Assembly: GCA_963668025.2 (NCBI GenBank)
Contig: CAXXTH010000017.1
Location: forward strand, 96,001 to 160,000
From: Candidatus Hydrogenedentota bacterium
Lineage (GTDB): Bacteria > Hydrogenedentota > Hydrogenedentia > Hydrogenedentales > SLHB01
DNA: 64,000 nucleotides
Direction of reading: 5' to 3'
Shown in pieces: positions 7,598 to 18,018 of this stretch (position 1 is the stretch's first letter; every line of letters starts with the position of its first letter). Both the position numbers and the translations under genes were made by a program. Under the pieces are notes generated by a model. It saw only the letters and a list, made by a program, of their open reading frames with translations. It had not been told where the DNA came from and did no database searches.

Positions 7598-9751
7598 CTA
7601 AAACTCCGCTTGCGGCGTGAGCTTGAATCCCGCATACCGGTATAATCTGCTGATGGTGTAAGTTTTCAGCAGCGTATGGCCGCGCCGCACCTCGACCGTT
7701 TTCAGGCATTCGCCGCGCTCGAAGACATTCAACTCCACGAGGCCATCGATCCATAATTGCGCCTTTTCGAGTCCGCCACCCGTGACAAACAAGGCGTCGC
7801 GCCCCTTGAGCTTTTCCCAGCCGCCCCATAAATCATACTGGTTTTGCCTGCGCTCGTACGGGAAACAATAGGCCTTTGGCCGGCCTGAAGTGTAATAAGA
7901 CAGCCATGCCGTGAGCTGGTATCGGTCGCTAAACAGGAAGGGGCCATTCTTGGAGTCGCCCGCCAGCCCTTCGAGCGCCTGGCCGATCTCCCGACCCCCG
8001 CGCATCTTGTCCGTCGGGTCCATATCCGGGTTTATACGCAACGGGCCGATATAGATGCGGTCTTCCCGCTCGCTGGGCTGGGGCGCGCGGCCCAAGGCAT
8101 AAAGCGCATCCGTGGAGCGCCCGATAACGCCTATTAAGCATCCAAGGATAAGGGCCGCCGCCAGCCACTTGCGCGCGTGTCCGCCGCGCGGCTGGGAAGT
8201 CCATGCCCAACCCAGGGCGATGGCCGCCGACAAGTAGGCCGCTATAGGCCAATTGGGCTCGGGATCGCGCACCAGCGCGACCAGGGCGTAAAACACGAAT
8301 AGCGCTCCGCCGCAGAGGACCAGATAAACGGCGTCCGTGTTTTGGCGGAAACAGCGCAGGCACCACCACCAGGCCCAGAAAAAAAAGCCGAAGAGTAATG
8401 GCGACACGATGCCTGCCTGTGCTCCCCAGAATTCGCCGATGCGCTGGAGGAGATGCGAGGCTTTCGCGCCTTCGCCCGCGCCGATGCTCGCCGTATGGCG
8501 GAACGACACCCAGTCATGCTCATAGTTCCAATACAGCACGCCGGAGAGACAGAGCAGGCTAATCAGCAAGGCGATATAAGGGCCGCGTGTCCGAAGCAGC
8601 TTCCGCTCCGCCACGAGCAGATGGAGCGCGAACGAAACCATGAGCAGCGCCATGGTGTATTTTGACAGAAGGCCCAGCCCGAGCGCGAAGCCGGTGAGCG
8701 CCCACATGCCCCAATCACCCTTAATAGCGCGGTGGAAAGCATACATCGCCAGCGCCCAGAAAAAGAGCAGCACAGGATCAATGGTCATAATGACGGACCC
8801 GGCCCACGACGCGGGCATAGCTATGGCCGATACGGCCGCGATAAGGGCGGCGCGCTCATTGCGGGCGATCCGCAGCGTGAGGGCGTACACCAGGGCCAAT
8901 GCACCCGAGGTGAACAAGATGGCCCCCGTGCGCAGCGACCATTCCTGATTGCCGCCCGCACTCGTGAATAGGTGCATGACATACGCGATCATGGGCGGCT
9001 TGCTGTAGTATCCCAAGGCCAGCCGCCGAGACCAATCCCAATACTGGGCCTCATCGCCCGCCAAATCGAATAGATTGAGATGGACATAGATAAAATTCAT
9101 GGCGGTCCACCCACCGAGTAGCCAATAAAACAGCACGCGCTCCCGGGGGGGGCTGGGCCGGGGCGCTTCTATTTCGGAGGCTTGCCCCCAGATGCGGCGA
9201 ACGGCCCAAAAACAGAGATTAATAGATACGAACGCGCATAGGGAGCCCCAAGCATAGCCCGCGAGCACCTGGGAGGGGTAGTGGTTGCCGGTATAAATGC
9301 GAGATAACCCCACCAATAGCGCCAGCGGAACCGTCACCCATAATGTGCGGCGGCTCAGAAAGGCCAGCACAACGGCAATCATGGCCATGTTCGAAGCATG
9401 CGAGGAAGGAAAGCCGAAACTCCGGCGCGGGTCGTGGGCATACCATACTGACTGGTATTCGGTCCATTCGCCATTTCGGTGCAGATGCACCAGCTCCACA
9501 TCGCCATAAGGCCGGTTCTGCTGCACCAGATTCTTGATAACCTTCTCGGAGCCGGTATCAGACAACGCCAAGCCTATCAATAACACCAGCATGCAGGTGC
9601 GCACGTAGCGCCCCCCGAAATAAAAGAGCACAATCAACGCCATAAGCCCCGGCAGCACGACGAAATCTTTGTCGGACAACACCGGCATAAGCTGGTCGAG
9701 CAAGGGGCAGCGCATCGAATCATTGATGAGTTTAAACAGCGCCGTATCCAT
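7598..9751 (-). CDS. PAP2 phosphatase fused to ArnT/PMT (GT-C) glycosyltransferase
   Basis: PAP2 motifs K..RP, FPSSH and SRIYTGNHYPS; GT-C motifs DEAQYWDWS..LALGYYSKPP and GLLSKY. Confidence 0.88.
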   Translation of the reverse strand: MDTALFKLINDSMRCPLLDQLMPVLSDKDFVVLPGLMALIVLFYFGGRYVRTCMLVLLIGLALSDTGSEKVIKNLVQQNRPYGDVELVHLHRNGEWTEYQSVWYAHDPRRSFGFPSSHASNMAMIAVVLAFLSRRTLWVTVPLALLVGLSRIYTGNHYPSQVLAGYAWGSLCAFVSINLCFWAVRRIWGQASEIEAPRPSPPRERVLFYWLLGGWTAMNFIYVHLNLFDLAGDEAQYWDWSRRLALGYYSKPPMIAYVMHLFTSAGGNQEWSLRTGAILFTSGALALVYALTLRIARNERAALIAAVSAIAMPASWAGSVIMTIDPVLLFFWALAMYAFHRAIKGDWGMWALTGFALGLGLLSKYTMALLMVSFALHLLVAERKLLRTRGPYIALLISLLCLSGVLYWNYEHDWVSFRHTASIGAGEGAKASHLLQRIGEFWGAQAGIVSPLLFGFFFWAWWWCLRCFRQNTDAVYLVLCGGALFVFYALVALVRDPEPNWPIAAYLSAAIALGWAWTSQPRGGHARKWLAAALILGCLIGVIGRSTDALYALGRAPQPSEREDRIYIGPLRINPDMDPTDKMRGGREIGQALEGLAGDSKNGPFLFSDRYQLTAWLSYYTSGRPKAYCFPYERRQNQYDLWGGWEKLKGRDALFVTGGGLEKAQLWIDGLVELNVFERGECLKTVEVRRGHTLLKTYTISRLYRYAGFKLTPQAEF

Positions 9752-9869
9752 GCCGGGAGTATACGGGACTGAGGACGCCGGACGCCAGATTTTCCCAAAA
9801 ACCGGATTGCCCCGATAAGCGGAATGGAATGGCCTGCGAGCGTATGTACTGGATACATCGATAATGAAC

Positions 9870-9898
9870 TTCTAACGCATTTCTAACAAAATTTGACT
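9870..9898 (+). promoter_or_regulatory. Pho-box-like direct repeat
   Basis: TTCTAAC twice at an 11-bp period (9870, 9881), then TTGACT, upstream of a phosphate transporter and a PhoR-like kinase. Confidence 0.4.
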
Positions 9899-10010
9899 TT
9901 TTAGGCCTGGAACCCAATACTGATAGCCATTCCAAGGCAGTGTGCCTTGCTTTTGGGAGCGCAGTAGCGCGTTGTGGGCTGCGCTGGGCGTCAATTCAGA
10001 CAGGTTCCTC

Positions 10011-12479
10011 ATGCGAAATCGATTGCGGCTCTTGATCTACGGGTGTGTGTGTGCGCTGATTCCATGTCTTTCGGGATGTATGTCTTCAAGCGGCCTTGCC
10101 GCCGACCGCATCCGAGTGGATACTTATGCGGGCGGCGACAACCAATGCGGCATGTATGGCGAGCCGCTGGCCAAGCCGTTACGGGTGATGGTCGAGAGCG
10201 CTGTCCAGCCAGGGCTTCTGGGAGGCGAAGGGGAACGCCATCCCGTTCGCGACACGGCGGTGACATTCCAAATATTGGATGAATCAAGCGGTGCGGTGTT
10301 CGTAGACAGCAACACCTCCACACTCAAGACCACGACCGACGCGGGCGGTATTGCCCAAGCGCTCGTACGCCTAGGAGATAAGCCGGGCGATGTGCGGATA
10401 TCGGCTGCTGTCGACACAGCGGCAGGACCGAAAACCGTAGAGATGCGGGCTGTCGCCGGCGTGGAGTCGTCTAATACGGATCTCGAAGGCTATACCGGCC
10501 AAGTGCTGGAAGACGTAGGCATCGTGCTGTATGACGCGCCAGGCCATCCCGCCTCGGGCGTAACGGTATATTTCCATGTGGAAGGGAATAACAGCAGTTC
10601 TTTCGTCAAGCCAGCGATGGCCGTCACGGATGAATCAGGACGCGCCAAGACCACATGGACTCTGGGCTCGGATAGCCAGCAGTATTTTCTAAATGCGGAA
10701 ATACAAGACAACCGGCTGAACATTCCCGCGGAACGCCAGTTTCATGCGCGGCAGATCTCGATAGAGGCCATGGCTATCAACAAGATGAACATGGCCGTCA
10801 TCCTCATCGGCGGCCTTGCGCTCTTTATTTATGGTATGAAGCTCATGTCGAATGGCCTTCAGCGCATGGCGGACCGGCGCTTAAAGAAAATTCTGAACGC
10901 GGTCACCCGCAACCGCTGGCTCGCCGTGGGCGTGGGAACTCTTGTCACCTCCATCATTCAATCATCAAGCGCTACTACGGTCATGGTAGTGGGATTTGTC
11001 AATGCGGGCTTGCTGACGCTGGCGCAAGCGATTGGCGTGGTGTATGGCGCGAATATCGGCACCACCGTCACGGCGCAGATCATCGCATTTAATCTAGATC
11101 AAATGGCCTATCCCGCCATTGCTGTTGGGCTCATACTAGCTTGCCTGGCCAAGCGCCCCGCATGGCAGGCATTTGGCGAAGGCATGCTCGGCTTCGGCCT
11201 CCTCTTCCTTGGCATGACCACCATGTCGGATGTGCTCAAACCCATGCGCTACAGCCCAGAATTCAGTTCGTGGTTCCAAACGTTTGATTGTTCGCCCATC
11301 GGAGGCGTCATCCCTTGGCGCGCCGCTTTAATGTCCATCGTCATCGGCACCGCCACCACGATGGTCGTGCAATCCAGCTCGGCGACGGTAGGGCTCGTGA
11401 TGGCCCTCTCCGGGCAGGGGCTATTATCATTCTACACGGCCTTCGCGTTGGTCTTAGGTGACAACATCGGCACCACCATCACCGCCCAGCTCGCGGCGCT
11501 CGGGGCCAACCGCAACTCGAAGCGCGCCGCCATGGCCCATACCTTATTCAATACGGTTGGCGCCACCTATATGTATATACTGCTCTTTCTACCACTATGG
11601 AATGGCCAGCCCGTGTTTTTGGGCTTCATCGATTACATCACGCCGGGCGAAGTATTCGCGGCTGTGCCGGAGAATATCACGCGCCATATCGCCAACGCCC
11701 ACTCCATGTTTAATGTCTTTAACTGCATTCTGTTCACACCCTTCATCGGGCTCATGGTAAAACTGTGCTCGCGCATCATACCCATGAAAGATGCCCCCCA
11801 GGAGACCCTGTTCAGATATCTCGAACCGCATTTGCTCCATACGCCCTCGTTGGCGCTGGCCCAAGCGGTGAATGAAGTGTCGTATATGGTGCGGCGCGCC
11901 CAGAAATCCATCGAAGAAGCCTGCGAATTGTTCCACGGCGGTTCGGTTGAACTCGAACCGCGCATACTCGAGCGGGAGAAAAACATCGACCGTTTGCAGA
12001 AAGAAATCACGTCGTATCTCGTGGGCATTTCACGTGAAAGCTTGACTCCCGAAGAGGCGGCCTTGATTCCTAAGCTCATTCACGCGGTGAACGACGCCGA
12101 ACGCATAGGCGATCATTCGGAGGACATTGTGAAGCTCTCCCATATCATGCGGGAGAATGAATATGCGTTCACGCCTACGGCGAAAGAAGACATGCGCCAG
12201 CTCGAGACCCTCGTGGCGGAGCAATTCGAGGCCTCGATCAATGTCCTCAATGGCGGCAATATGGAAGAAGCCAAGCGGGCAAAACGAAACGAAGCCGCCA
12301 TCACGGAACTGATGGCCCGCATTTCGGAAAACCATGTGGCCCGCCTGGAATCGGGCGAGTGCGACGCCCAAACAGGCGTCATCTTCCTGGATTACGTCGC
12401 CCACTTGGAGCGCATTGGCGATCACCTCATCAATGTGGCGAAACGGGCAAAGAAGGTTCTCCAAGTGACGGAATCGTGA
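10011..12479 (+). CDS. Na+/Pi cotransporter (NptA-like, PhoU domains) with N-terminal lipoprotein signal and Ig-like (Big_1) domains
   Basis: Lipobox LSGC; two Ig-like repeats (TTDAGGIA, VTDESGRA); QSSSAT twice, GANIGTT and GDNIGTT; ERIGDH twice in the PhoU-like C-terminus. Confidence 0.88.
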   Translation: MRNRLRLLIYGCVCALIPCLSGCMSSSGLAADRIRVDTYAGGDNQCGMYGEPLAKPLRVMVESAVQPGLLGGEGERHPVRDTAVTFQILDESSGAVFVDSNTSTLKTTTDAGGIAQALVRLGDKPGDVRISAAVDTAAGPKTVEMRAVAGVESSNTDLEGYTGQVLEDVGIVLYDAPGHPASGVTVYFHVEGNNSSSFVKPAMAVTDESGRAKTTWTLGSDSQQYFLNAEIQDNRLNIPAERQFHARQISIEAMAINKMNMAVILIGGLALFIYGMKLMSNGLQRMADRRLKKILNAVTRNRWLAVGVGTLVTSIIQSSSATTVMVVGFVNAGLLTLAQAIGVVYGANIGTTVTAQIIAFNLDQMAYPAIAVGLILACLAKRPAWQAFGEGMLGFGLLFLGMTTMSDVLKPMRYSPEFSSWFQTFDCSPIGGVIPWRAALMSIVIGTATTMVVQSSSATVGLVMALSGQGLLSFYTAFALVLGDNIGTTITAQLAALGANRNSKRAAMAHTLFNTVGATYMYILLFLPLWNGQPVFLGFIDYITPGEVFAAVPENITRHIANAHSMFNVFNCILFTPFIGLMVKLCSRIIPMKDAPQETLFRYLEPHLLHTPSLALAQAVNEVSYMVRRAQKSIEEACELFHGGSVELEPRILEREKNIDRLQKEITSYLVGISRESLTPEEAALIPKLIHAVNDAERIGDHSEDIVKLSHIMRENEYAFTPTAKEDMRQLETLVAEQFEASINVLNGGNMEEAKRAKRNEAAITELMARISENHVARLESGECDAQTGVIFLDYVAHLERIGDHLINVAKRAKKVLQVTES

Positions 12480-12527
12480 TATGCTCACGGTATGGAGAAG
12501 CCGTTTATAGTGTGAAGGAGCGAATTC

Positions 12528-14294
12528 ATGGCGCGTAGAAGCTTGCTTTGGCAAATCTCAGTGCCATTCATTGTTATTTTGCTCTTATCGTTGTGCGCGG
12601 CCACCTGGTATGCCGTCCATTCCACGGATGCGCTCTACCGGGGCCGCATCGTCGATGACCTCGAATCACGCGCCCGGCTATTCAGCAGCATCGTGGTCCA
12701 AATGCTTCAAGAAGGGCGGGTTGCCGAAATCGATCCGCTGTGTGAACAGCTTGGACGTGAAGCCGCCACCCGCCTCACCGTGATCCTGCCATCCGGCCAA
12801 GTCATCGGCGATACGCAAGAAAAGGCAGACCGCATGGAGAACCATGCGAGCCGCCCGGAAATCGCAGAAGCGCTGCGCGGGAAAATCGGGAAGGCTTCCC
12901 GGCTAAGCTCCACCGTAAACGAATATTTTCAGTATGTAGCGGTTCCCATCATGGACCAGGGCCGTGTGGCGGTGGTGATCCGGGCTTCGACGCCTCTGCC
13001 CGCCATCGGCATGGCGATACGAAGCGCGTTCGCCCACATGGCCGTGGCCAGTTTTATCATCGCCATCATCGCCGCAAGCGCGGGCATATCTGTTTTCCGC
13101 AGGATGAACCGGGATGTGCGCGCTATTGCCGAGGGAATGGAGCGGTTCGCTAAAGGCGAACTCGATAGCCATATTGCCCCGCCTTCGGTGGAAGAGCTTT
13201 GCGTGATCACCAGCACCGCCAACCGCATGGCCACGGAACTAAACGACCAGATCCAACTGATCACCCAGCAGCGCAATGAGTTGGATGCGATTCTGCTGAG
13301 CCTCGAAGATGCGATGATCGTGGTGGATCTCGAACAGCGCATCCTTCGCATGAACCGCACCGCCGCCAGCATATTGCGCGCGGACCCCATCAATATAGAT
13401 GGGAAACCCTTGTTCGAGCTCGTGCGGAGCACCGCGCTATTGCGCCGCCTTGAACAATTGCTCGCAGGCAAAGACCAGCCGGAAGATGAATTGCTCATGG
13501 TGGTTTTGGAAGAGCGTTCCTACCGGGTGCGCGGCGCTACGCTGCGCGGCTTGAAGGATGATTGCGAAGGCGCTGTGCTCATTCTCACGGATGTCACCAA
13601 TCTACGGAAGATGGAACAGGTCCATCGGGAATTGCTTTCAAACGCCGCGCATGAACTCAAAACACCCATCACCGCCATTCAAGGGTATGCGGAGACACTG
13701 CTCGAGCCTTCCATGGAAGAAGCCGACCGGCAATCTTTTCTCCAAACGCTGTTGCAACAAGCCAAACGCATGGGCGCGTTGGTCGATGATCTGCTGCTCG
13801 TGTCGCGCCTGGACTCCGAACGCGAACAAGGCCTTCTCGACGCGGACTATGCGCCACTGTCCGGCCTGCTCGGCAACGCCATTGAAACCTGCCAAGACAT
13901 GGCCAAAACCCGTGGCGTCACGGTGTCATGCGCCTGTGAGGAAGGCCTTGAAGCCAGAGTGGATGCGCGCTTGCTCGAACAAGCCGTGGCGCAGTTGCTC
14001 GCCAACGCCATCCAGCACAGCGAACCGGGCGGCGTGGTGGAAGTTAGCGCCATGCGCGGAGGCGCCAGCATCACGATTGGGGTCGAAGATCACGGGAAAG
14101 GCATTGATGCGTCTCATTTGCACCGCTTGTTCGATACGTTCTACCGGGTGGACAGTTCGCGCAGCCGCGCGCTTGGTGGAACGGGCCTGGGGCTTGCCAT
14201 CGTGAAACGGGTCGCCAGTGTGCATGGAGGCCGTGTATCCGTGAGCAGCACGCCTGGGCGCGGTAGTGTTTTCGAGATTCATCTGCCCGTATGA
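12528..14294 (+). CDS. phoR: PhoR-like sensor histidine kinase (sensor, HAMP, PAS, HisKA, HATPase)
   Basis: NHASRPEI sensor motif, HELKTPITAIQGYAETL, FYRVDSSRSRALGGTGLGLAIVK. Confidence 0.8.
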   Translation: MARRSLLWQISVPFIVILLLSLCAATWYAVHSTDALYRGRIVDDLESRARLFSSIVVQMLQEGRVAEIDPLCEQLGREAATRLTVILPSGQVIGDTQEKADRMENHASRPEIAEALRGKIGKASRLSSTVNEYFQYVAVPIMDQGRVAVVIRASTPLPAIGMAIRSAFAHMAVASFIIAIIAASAGISVFRRMNRDVRAIAEGMERFAKGELDSHIAPPSVEELCVITSTANRMATELNDQIQLITQQRNELDAILLSLEDAMIVVDLEQRILRMNRTAASILRADPINIDGKPLFELVRSTALLRRLEQLLAGKDQPEDELLMVVLEERSYRVRGATLRGLKDDCEGAVLILTDVTNLRKMEQVHRELLSNAAHELKTPITAIQGYAETLLEPSMEEADRQSFLQTLLQQAKRMGALVDDLLLVSRLDSEREQGLLDADYAPLSGLLGNAIETCQDMAKTRGVTVSCACEEGLEARVDARLLEQAVAQLLANAIQHSEPGGVVEVSAMRGGASITIGVEDHGKGIDASHLHRLFDTFYRVDSSRSRALGGTGLGLAIVKRVASVHGGRVSVSSTPGRGSVFEIHLPV

Positions 14295-14443
14295 GCATCC
14301 GCCATATAAATATGCGCGCATTCGCATAATCAACAATTTATACTTTCCTTCGCTAGAATAAATGTACGCCAGCTTATTGTTGAGCGGATAGGCTCATGGG
14401 CGTGCAGCATCCCATGAGCCGATGCAAAGCAAGGAGTTCCCAT

Positions 14444-15502
14444 ATGCCGCATCAAACAAAGGGCTTCACGCTGATCGAATTGTTGGTGGTGATCGCCATT
14501 ATCGCTATCCTGGCCGCTATTTTGCTTCCCGCACTCGCCCGCGCCCGGGAAGCCGCCCGCCGCGCAAGCTGCCAAAGCAATCTGAAACAGCTCGGGGTGG
14601 TGTTCGCCATGTATTCCGGCGAAAATAAGGGCAAATATCCTCCCACATACGGGATGGCGTATTATTACCGGGATTGCACCGGCAAGCCCGCCAATTATGA
14701 TGACTGCCGGATGCAAGATGAATTTGAATTATCTCCTGATCCGAAAAGCATCTATCCGGATTACCTGAACGATTTCCAAGTGCTGGTGTGCCCGTCCGCG
14801 CCCGATGCGGGGGAACCCGTCGAGGAGATGCTGGCGGTGATCTCGAGATATGACGCCAATGGCAAAACCTGCAAGTATGCCGGATACCCGGATAATCCGT
14901 CCGACAGTTATTTGTATATTGGCTGGTTGATGGATCGGTGTAGCGGGCCAGCGGATGATGCGGAGTTGCAAAGCAACTTTATTGATCTATCGTTGCTAGG
15001 CCTGGGAAACGCCGGTGAAAATCCGCCCATTCCCATTCAGATGGCCTCGGCTCTTATATTCTTGATGAGCCCATCGATTATGGCGGTGTTTCCGTTTCCG
15101 GGATTTCCCGCCCTTCCAAGCGCCTGTGGCTCTTATGCGGACGCCACGGCATTTTACAACAAGATATATGACAGTGATATCAGTCTTTCAGCGATATCAT
15201 CGCCATTCAACCGAGGCGGAAATGGCGGCGGCGCGACTCTTCAACGGCTGCGGGAGGGGGTGGAACGGTTCTTGATCACCGATATCAACAATCCTGCGGC
15301 GGGCGCGTCCGCCCAATCAACGATGACAGTGATGTTTGATATCGTCAATACGGATAGCAGTTCTGGCGCTTCATTCAATCATATCCCCGGTGGCGGCAAC
15401 GTCCTATATCTAGATGGGCATGTCGGATGGCTCAAGTATGAAGAAAACGGCGAATTCCCAATCAATGGCGGCATGGCCTCCACCGTGAACGCCGTGAACT
15501 GA
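14444..15502 (+). CDS. DUF1559 / prepilin-type N-methylation protein with H-X9-DG motif
   Basis: [44 protein letters not shown]; C-terminal [17 protein letters not shown]. Confidence 0.92.
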   Translation: MPHQTKGFTLIELLVVIAIIAILAAILLPALARAREAARRASCQSNLKQLGVVFAMYSGENKGKYPPTYGMAYYYRDCTGKPANYDDCRMQDEFELSPDPKSIYPDYLNDFQVLVCPSAPDAGEPVEEMLAVISRYDANGKTCKYAGYPDNPSDSYLYIGWLMDRCSGPADDAELQSNFIDLSLLGLGNAGENPPIPIQMASALIFLMSPSIMAVFPFPGFPALPSACGSYADATAFYNKIYDSDISLSAISSPFNRGGNGGGATLQRLREGVERFLITDINNPAAGASAQSTMTVMFDIVNTDSSSGASFNHIPGGGNVLYLDGHVGWLKYEENGEFPINGGMASTVNAVN

Positions 15503-15521
15503 AATGCACTGACATGATGAA

Positions 15522-15549
15522 AGGGGAATCTCCCGAAAGAGATTCCCCT
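15522..15549. terminator. Probable bidirectional intrinsic terminator
   Basis: AGGGGAATCTC-ccgaaa-GAGATTCCCCT between convergent genes. Confidence 0.7.
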
Positions 15550-15568
15550 GTTGTGGTTTGGGATACGA

Positions 15569-17386
15569 TTAATATTTGCCGTAGAGCGGGCCGAAGTCCG
15601 CGCACGCGCGGTAATCCGAACCTAGCAGGTCCATGGCTCCAAACGACGCCCAAGCGCTCGGGCGGAAAATGGCGTCATCCGGCACGTTGTGCATCGACAC
15701 GGGAATCCGCAGCATGGACGCCAGCGTGATGAGCTGTGCGCCTACATGGCCATAGCAGAACGAGCCGTGGTTTGCCCCCCAATTCGCCATGACCGAATAG
15801 GCGTCTTGAAAGGGCGTTTTGCCCGTAAGCCGGGGGGCGAAATAGGTGGTGGGCCATGTCGGGCTCGTGCGCTGATCGAGCGTTTTATGCACCTCATCCG
15901 GCAAGGCGACGCTGTAGCCTTCCGCAAGCTGAAGGACCGGGCCAAGCCCTTTCACGAGATTCACCCGAATCATCGTGATGGGCATTTCGGCCGAGGTATA
16001 GAAATTCGACGAGAAACCAGAACCCCGGAAATATCCGCGCTCGCCCGGCCGCCACGAGGTGGCGTCGAGGCATTTTTGCGCTTCTTTCGGCGTAATTTCC
16101 CAGAAGGGCTTCATGCAAGGCTCGCCGTCGCGTTCCTGGCAGCCCGAGCCATCGAGCGAAGCCGCACCTGAATTAATCAAATGGATGAAGCCTTCGGCGG
16201 CCTTGCCGGTCAGGTTGTATCCAGTGACGCGCTTCACGGCGTCCGGGCTCCAGAACGTCCGCACATCCGCGAACACCTGCGCCGTGTCCGTGAGTAAATG
16301 GCCGAACAGCATGGCCGTGCCGTTGAGCGAATCATTTTCCGTGGCGAATATGAAAGGTTCACGGATGCCGTTCCAGTCGAACGACGAACACAGCATGGCT
16401 TCCATGAAATCGCCGTTCGGCGAGTGGTCCGTCCACTGGCGCTGCCCCTGGAAGCCCGCCGCGATGGCGTTATGGCCCAGTGCTTCCTCGCCGAAATCTT
16501 TCGGAAGCGCCGGATTGCCAATCATCAAATCGCGGCCGATAAGGGCCATCTTCACGCAGGTTTCCCACACCTGGTCAAGCTGCTTGCGGCCCAGACGCAG
16601 GTGTTTCGGATTGGTGTCAGCGCCTTCTTTGCAGTTCTGCTTCACCCATTCAAGCGCGCGCTTAAATTCACTCTTGTCATAAATCTCTTCCTCGATGCGG
16701 CGTGTGAATTCCGACATGTCCACGCACATGACGCGCATGCCGAGATACTTCTCGAAGAAATCGTGGTTCACCATCGAGCCCGCGATGCCCATGGACACAT
16801 TTCCCAGCGAGAGATATGTCTTACCGCGCATGTCCGCCACCGCGATGGCTGCTTTGGCGAAGGAGAGGAGTTTCTCTTTCACATCTTGCGGGATCTCGGT
16901 GGTGTCCGCGTCTTGCACGTCACGCCCGTATATACTGAATGCCGGAAGGCCCTTTTGGTTGTGGGCCGCCAGCACTGCGGCCAGATACACCGCGCCGGGG
17001 CGTTCCGTGCCGTTAAACCCCCAAATGGCCTTAGGGATCAAGGGATCCATATCCATGGTTTCAGCGCCATAACACCAGCAGGGCGTCACCGAGATCGACG
17101 CGCCCACGCCCGCCCGCGAGAATTTGTCCGCACAGAGCGCCGCCTCCGCCACGCCGCCAATACAGGTGTCCGCGATGACACATTCAACCGGCAATCCATT
17201 CGCATGGCGCAGCGTGTCCGTGATCAGCTCGGCCACGGATTTGGCCATGTTCATCGTCTGCTCTTCAATGCCTTCCCGAACACCTCTGCGCCGGCCATCA
17301 ATGGTAGGCCGGATGCCGATTTTGGGCATTTCGCCCACGAGATAATTCTTGGGTGCGTTCACCGATAACTTGCCGCTTTTCGCCAT
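15569..17386 (-). CDS. fucI: L-fucose isomerase
   Basis: [44 protein letters not shown]. Confidence 0.96.
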   Translation of the reverse strand: MAKSGKLSVNAPKNYLVGEMPKIGIRPTIDGRRRGVREGIEEQTMNMAKSVAELITDTLRHANGLPVECVIADTCIGGVAEAALCADKFSRAGVGASISVTPCWCYGAETMDMDPLIPKAIWGFNGTERPGAVYLAAVLAAHNQKGLPAFSIYGRDVQDADTTEIPQDVKEKLLSFAKAAIAVADMRGKTYLSLGNVSMGIAGSMVNHDFFEKYLGMRVMCVDMSEFTRRIEEEIYDKSEFKRALEWVKQNCKEGADTNPKHLRLGRKQLDQVWETCVKMALIGRDLMIGNPALPKDFGEEALGHNAIAAGFQGQRQWTDHSPNGDFMEAMLCSSFDWNGIREPFIFATENDSLNGTAMLFGHLLTDTAQVFADVRTFWSPDAVKRVTGYNLTGKAAEGFIHLINSGAASLDGSGCQERDGEPCMKPFWEITPKEAQKCLDATSWRPGERGYFRGSGFSSNFYTSAEMPITMIRVNLVKGLGPVLQLAEGYSVALPDEVHKTLDQRTSPTWPTTYFAPRLTGKTPFQDAYSVMANWGANHGSFCYGHVGAQLITLASMLRIPVSMHNVPDDAIFRPSAWASFGAMDLLGSDYRACADFGPLYGKY

Positions 17387-18018
17387 TGTTCTCCAGCCTT
17401 TCTATTCGCCGCACAGGCGGACCTTATAATTACACATGGCATGCCCGTAAGTATGGCATAGCGCTTTTCATGCATCAAGAATTAAAGTATACACCATCTG
17501 AAAGTAAGGTATACCCAGCAAGTAATATACTAAAATATGATTAAAATTTCCACATAAAGAATCAAATGATTGATATATGTTTTTATACTATGCCTGCTTT
17601 TACTCGGTTGTCTCAGGCGAAGCCACGCTCTTATGCATATGGTTGCATACGCTCTCGGTTAAGGGTTCTAGGTGGCGCTGACTTTATATATATAGGTGAA
17701 GCAACCTAACACCTCACGGGCATCGAATTCAACATTTATTCTATGTTATCAGCATATATTCGAATGATTTTTATTATATATACGATATAAAGTATTCTTT
17801 TTCCCATGCAGCGCCGTGTCCTATTGCCCAGCCTTCCGCACGATGGGAAGGGGATTAGCCTGTTGCCATTTCACGATGGAAGCATGGGGCGAACACCGGT
17901 ATAATCACGCGCGGGCCGTTCCATGCGGGCCGCTGGCATAGGTGCTCATAATTTCCAACAAGGAGATAGTGTTACGGCGCCTTCGGAATGCCGTATACAT
18001 CGTGAAAGGACGAAAAGC

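Noticed and set aside
14330-14383. 8-bp inverted repeat TCAACAAT...ATTGTTGA around a -10-like TAGAAT (possible invertible promoter)
   Set aside because: The repeat is too short and AT-rich to be significant, and no recombinase is nearby.
17400-17920. AT-rich stretch between fucI and the esterase, examined for CRISPR, ncRNA or small genes
   Set aside because: No periodic repeats, tRNA-like fold or convincing ORF; consistent with divergent promoters.
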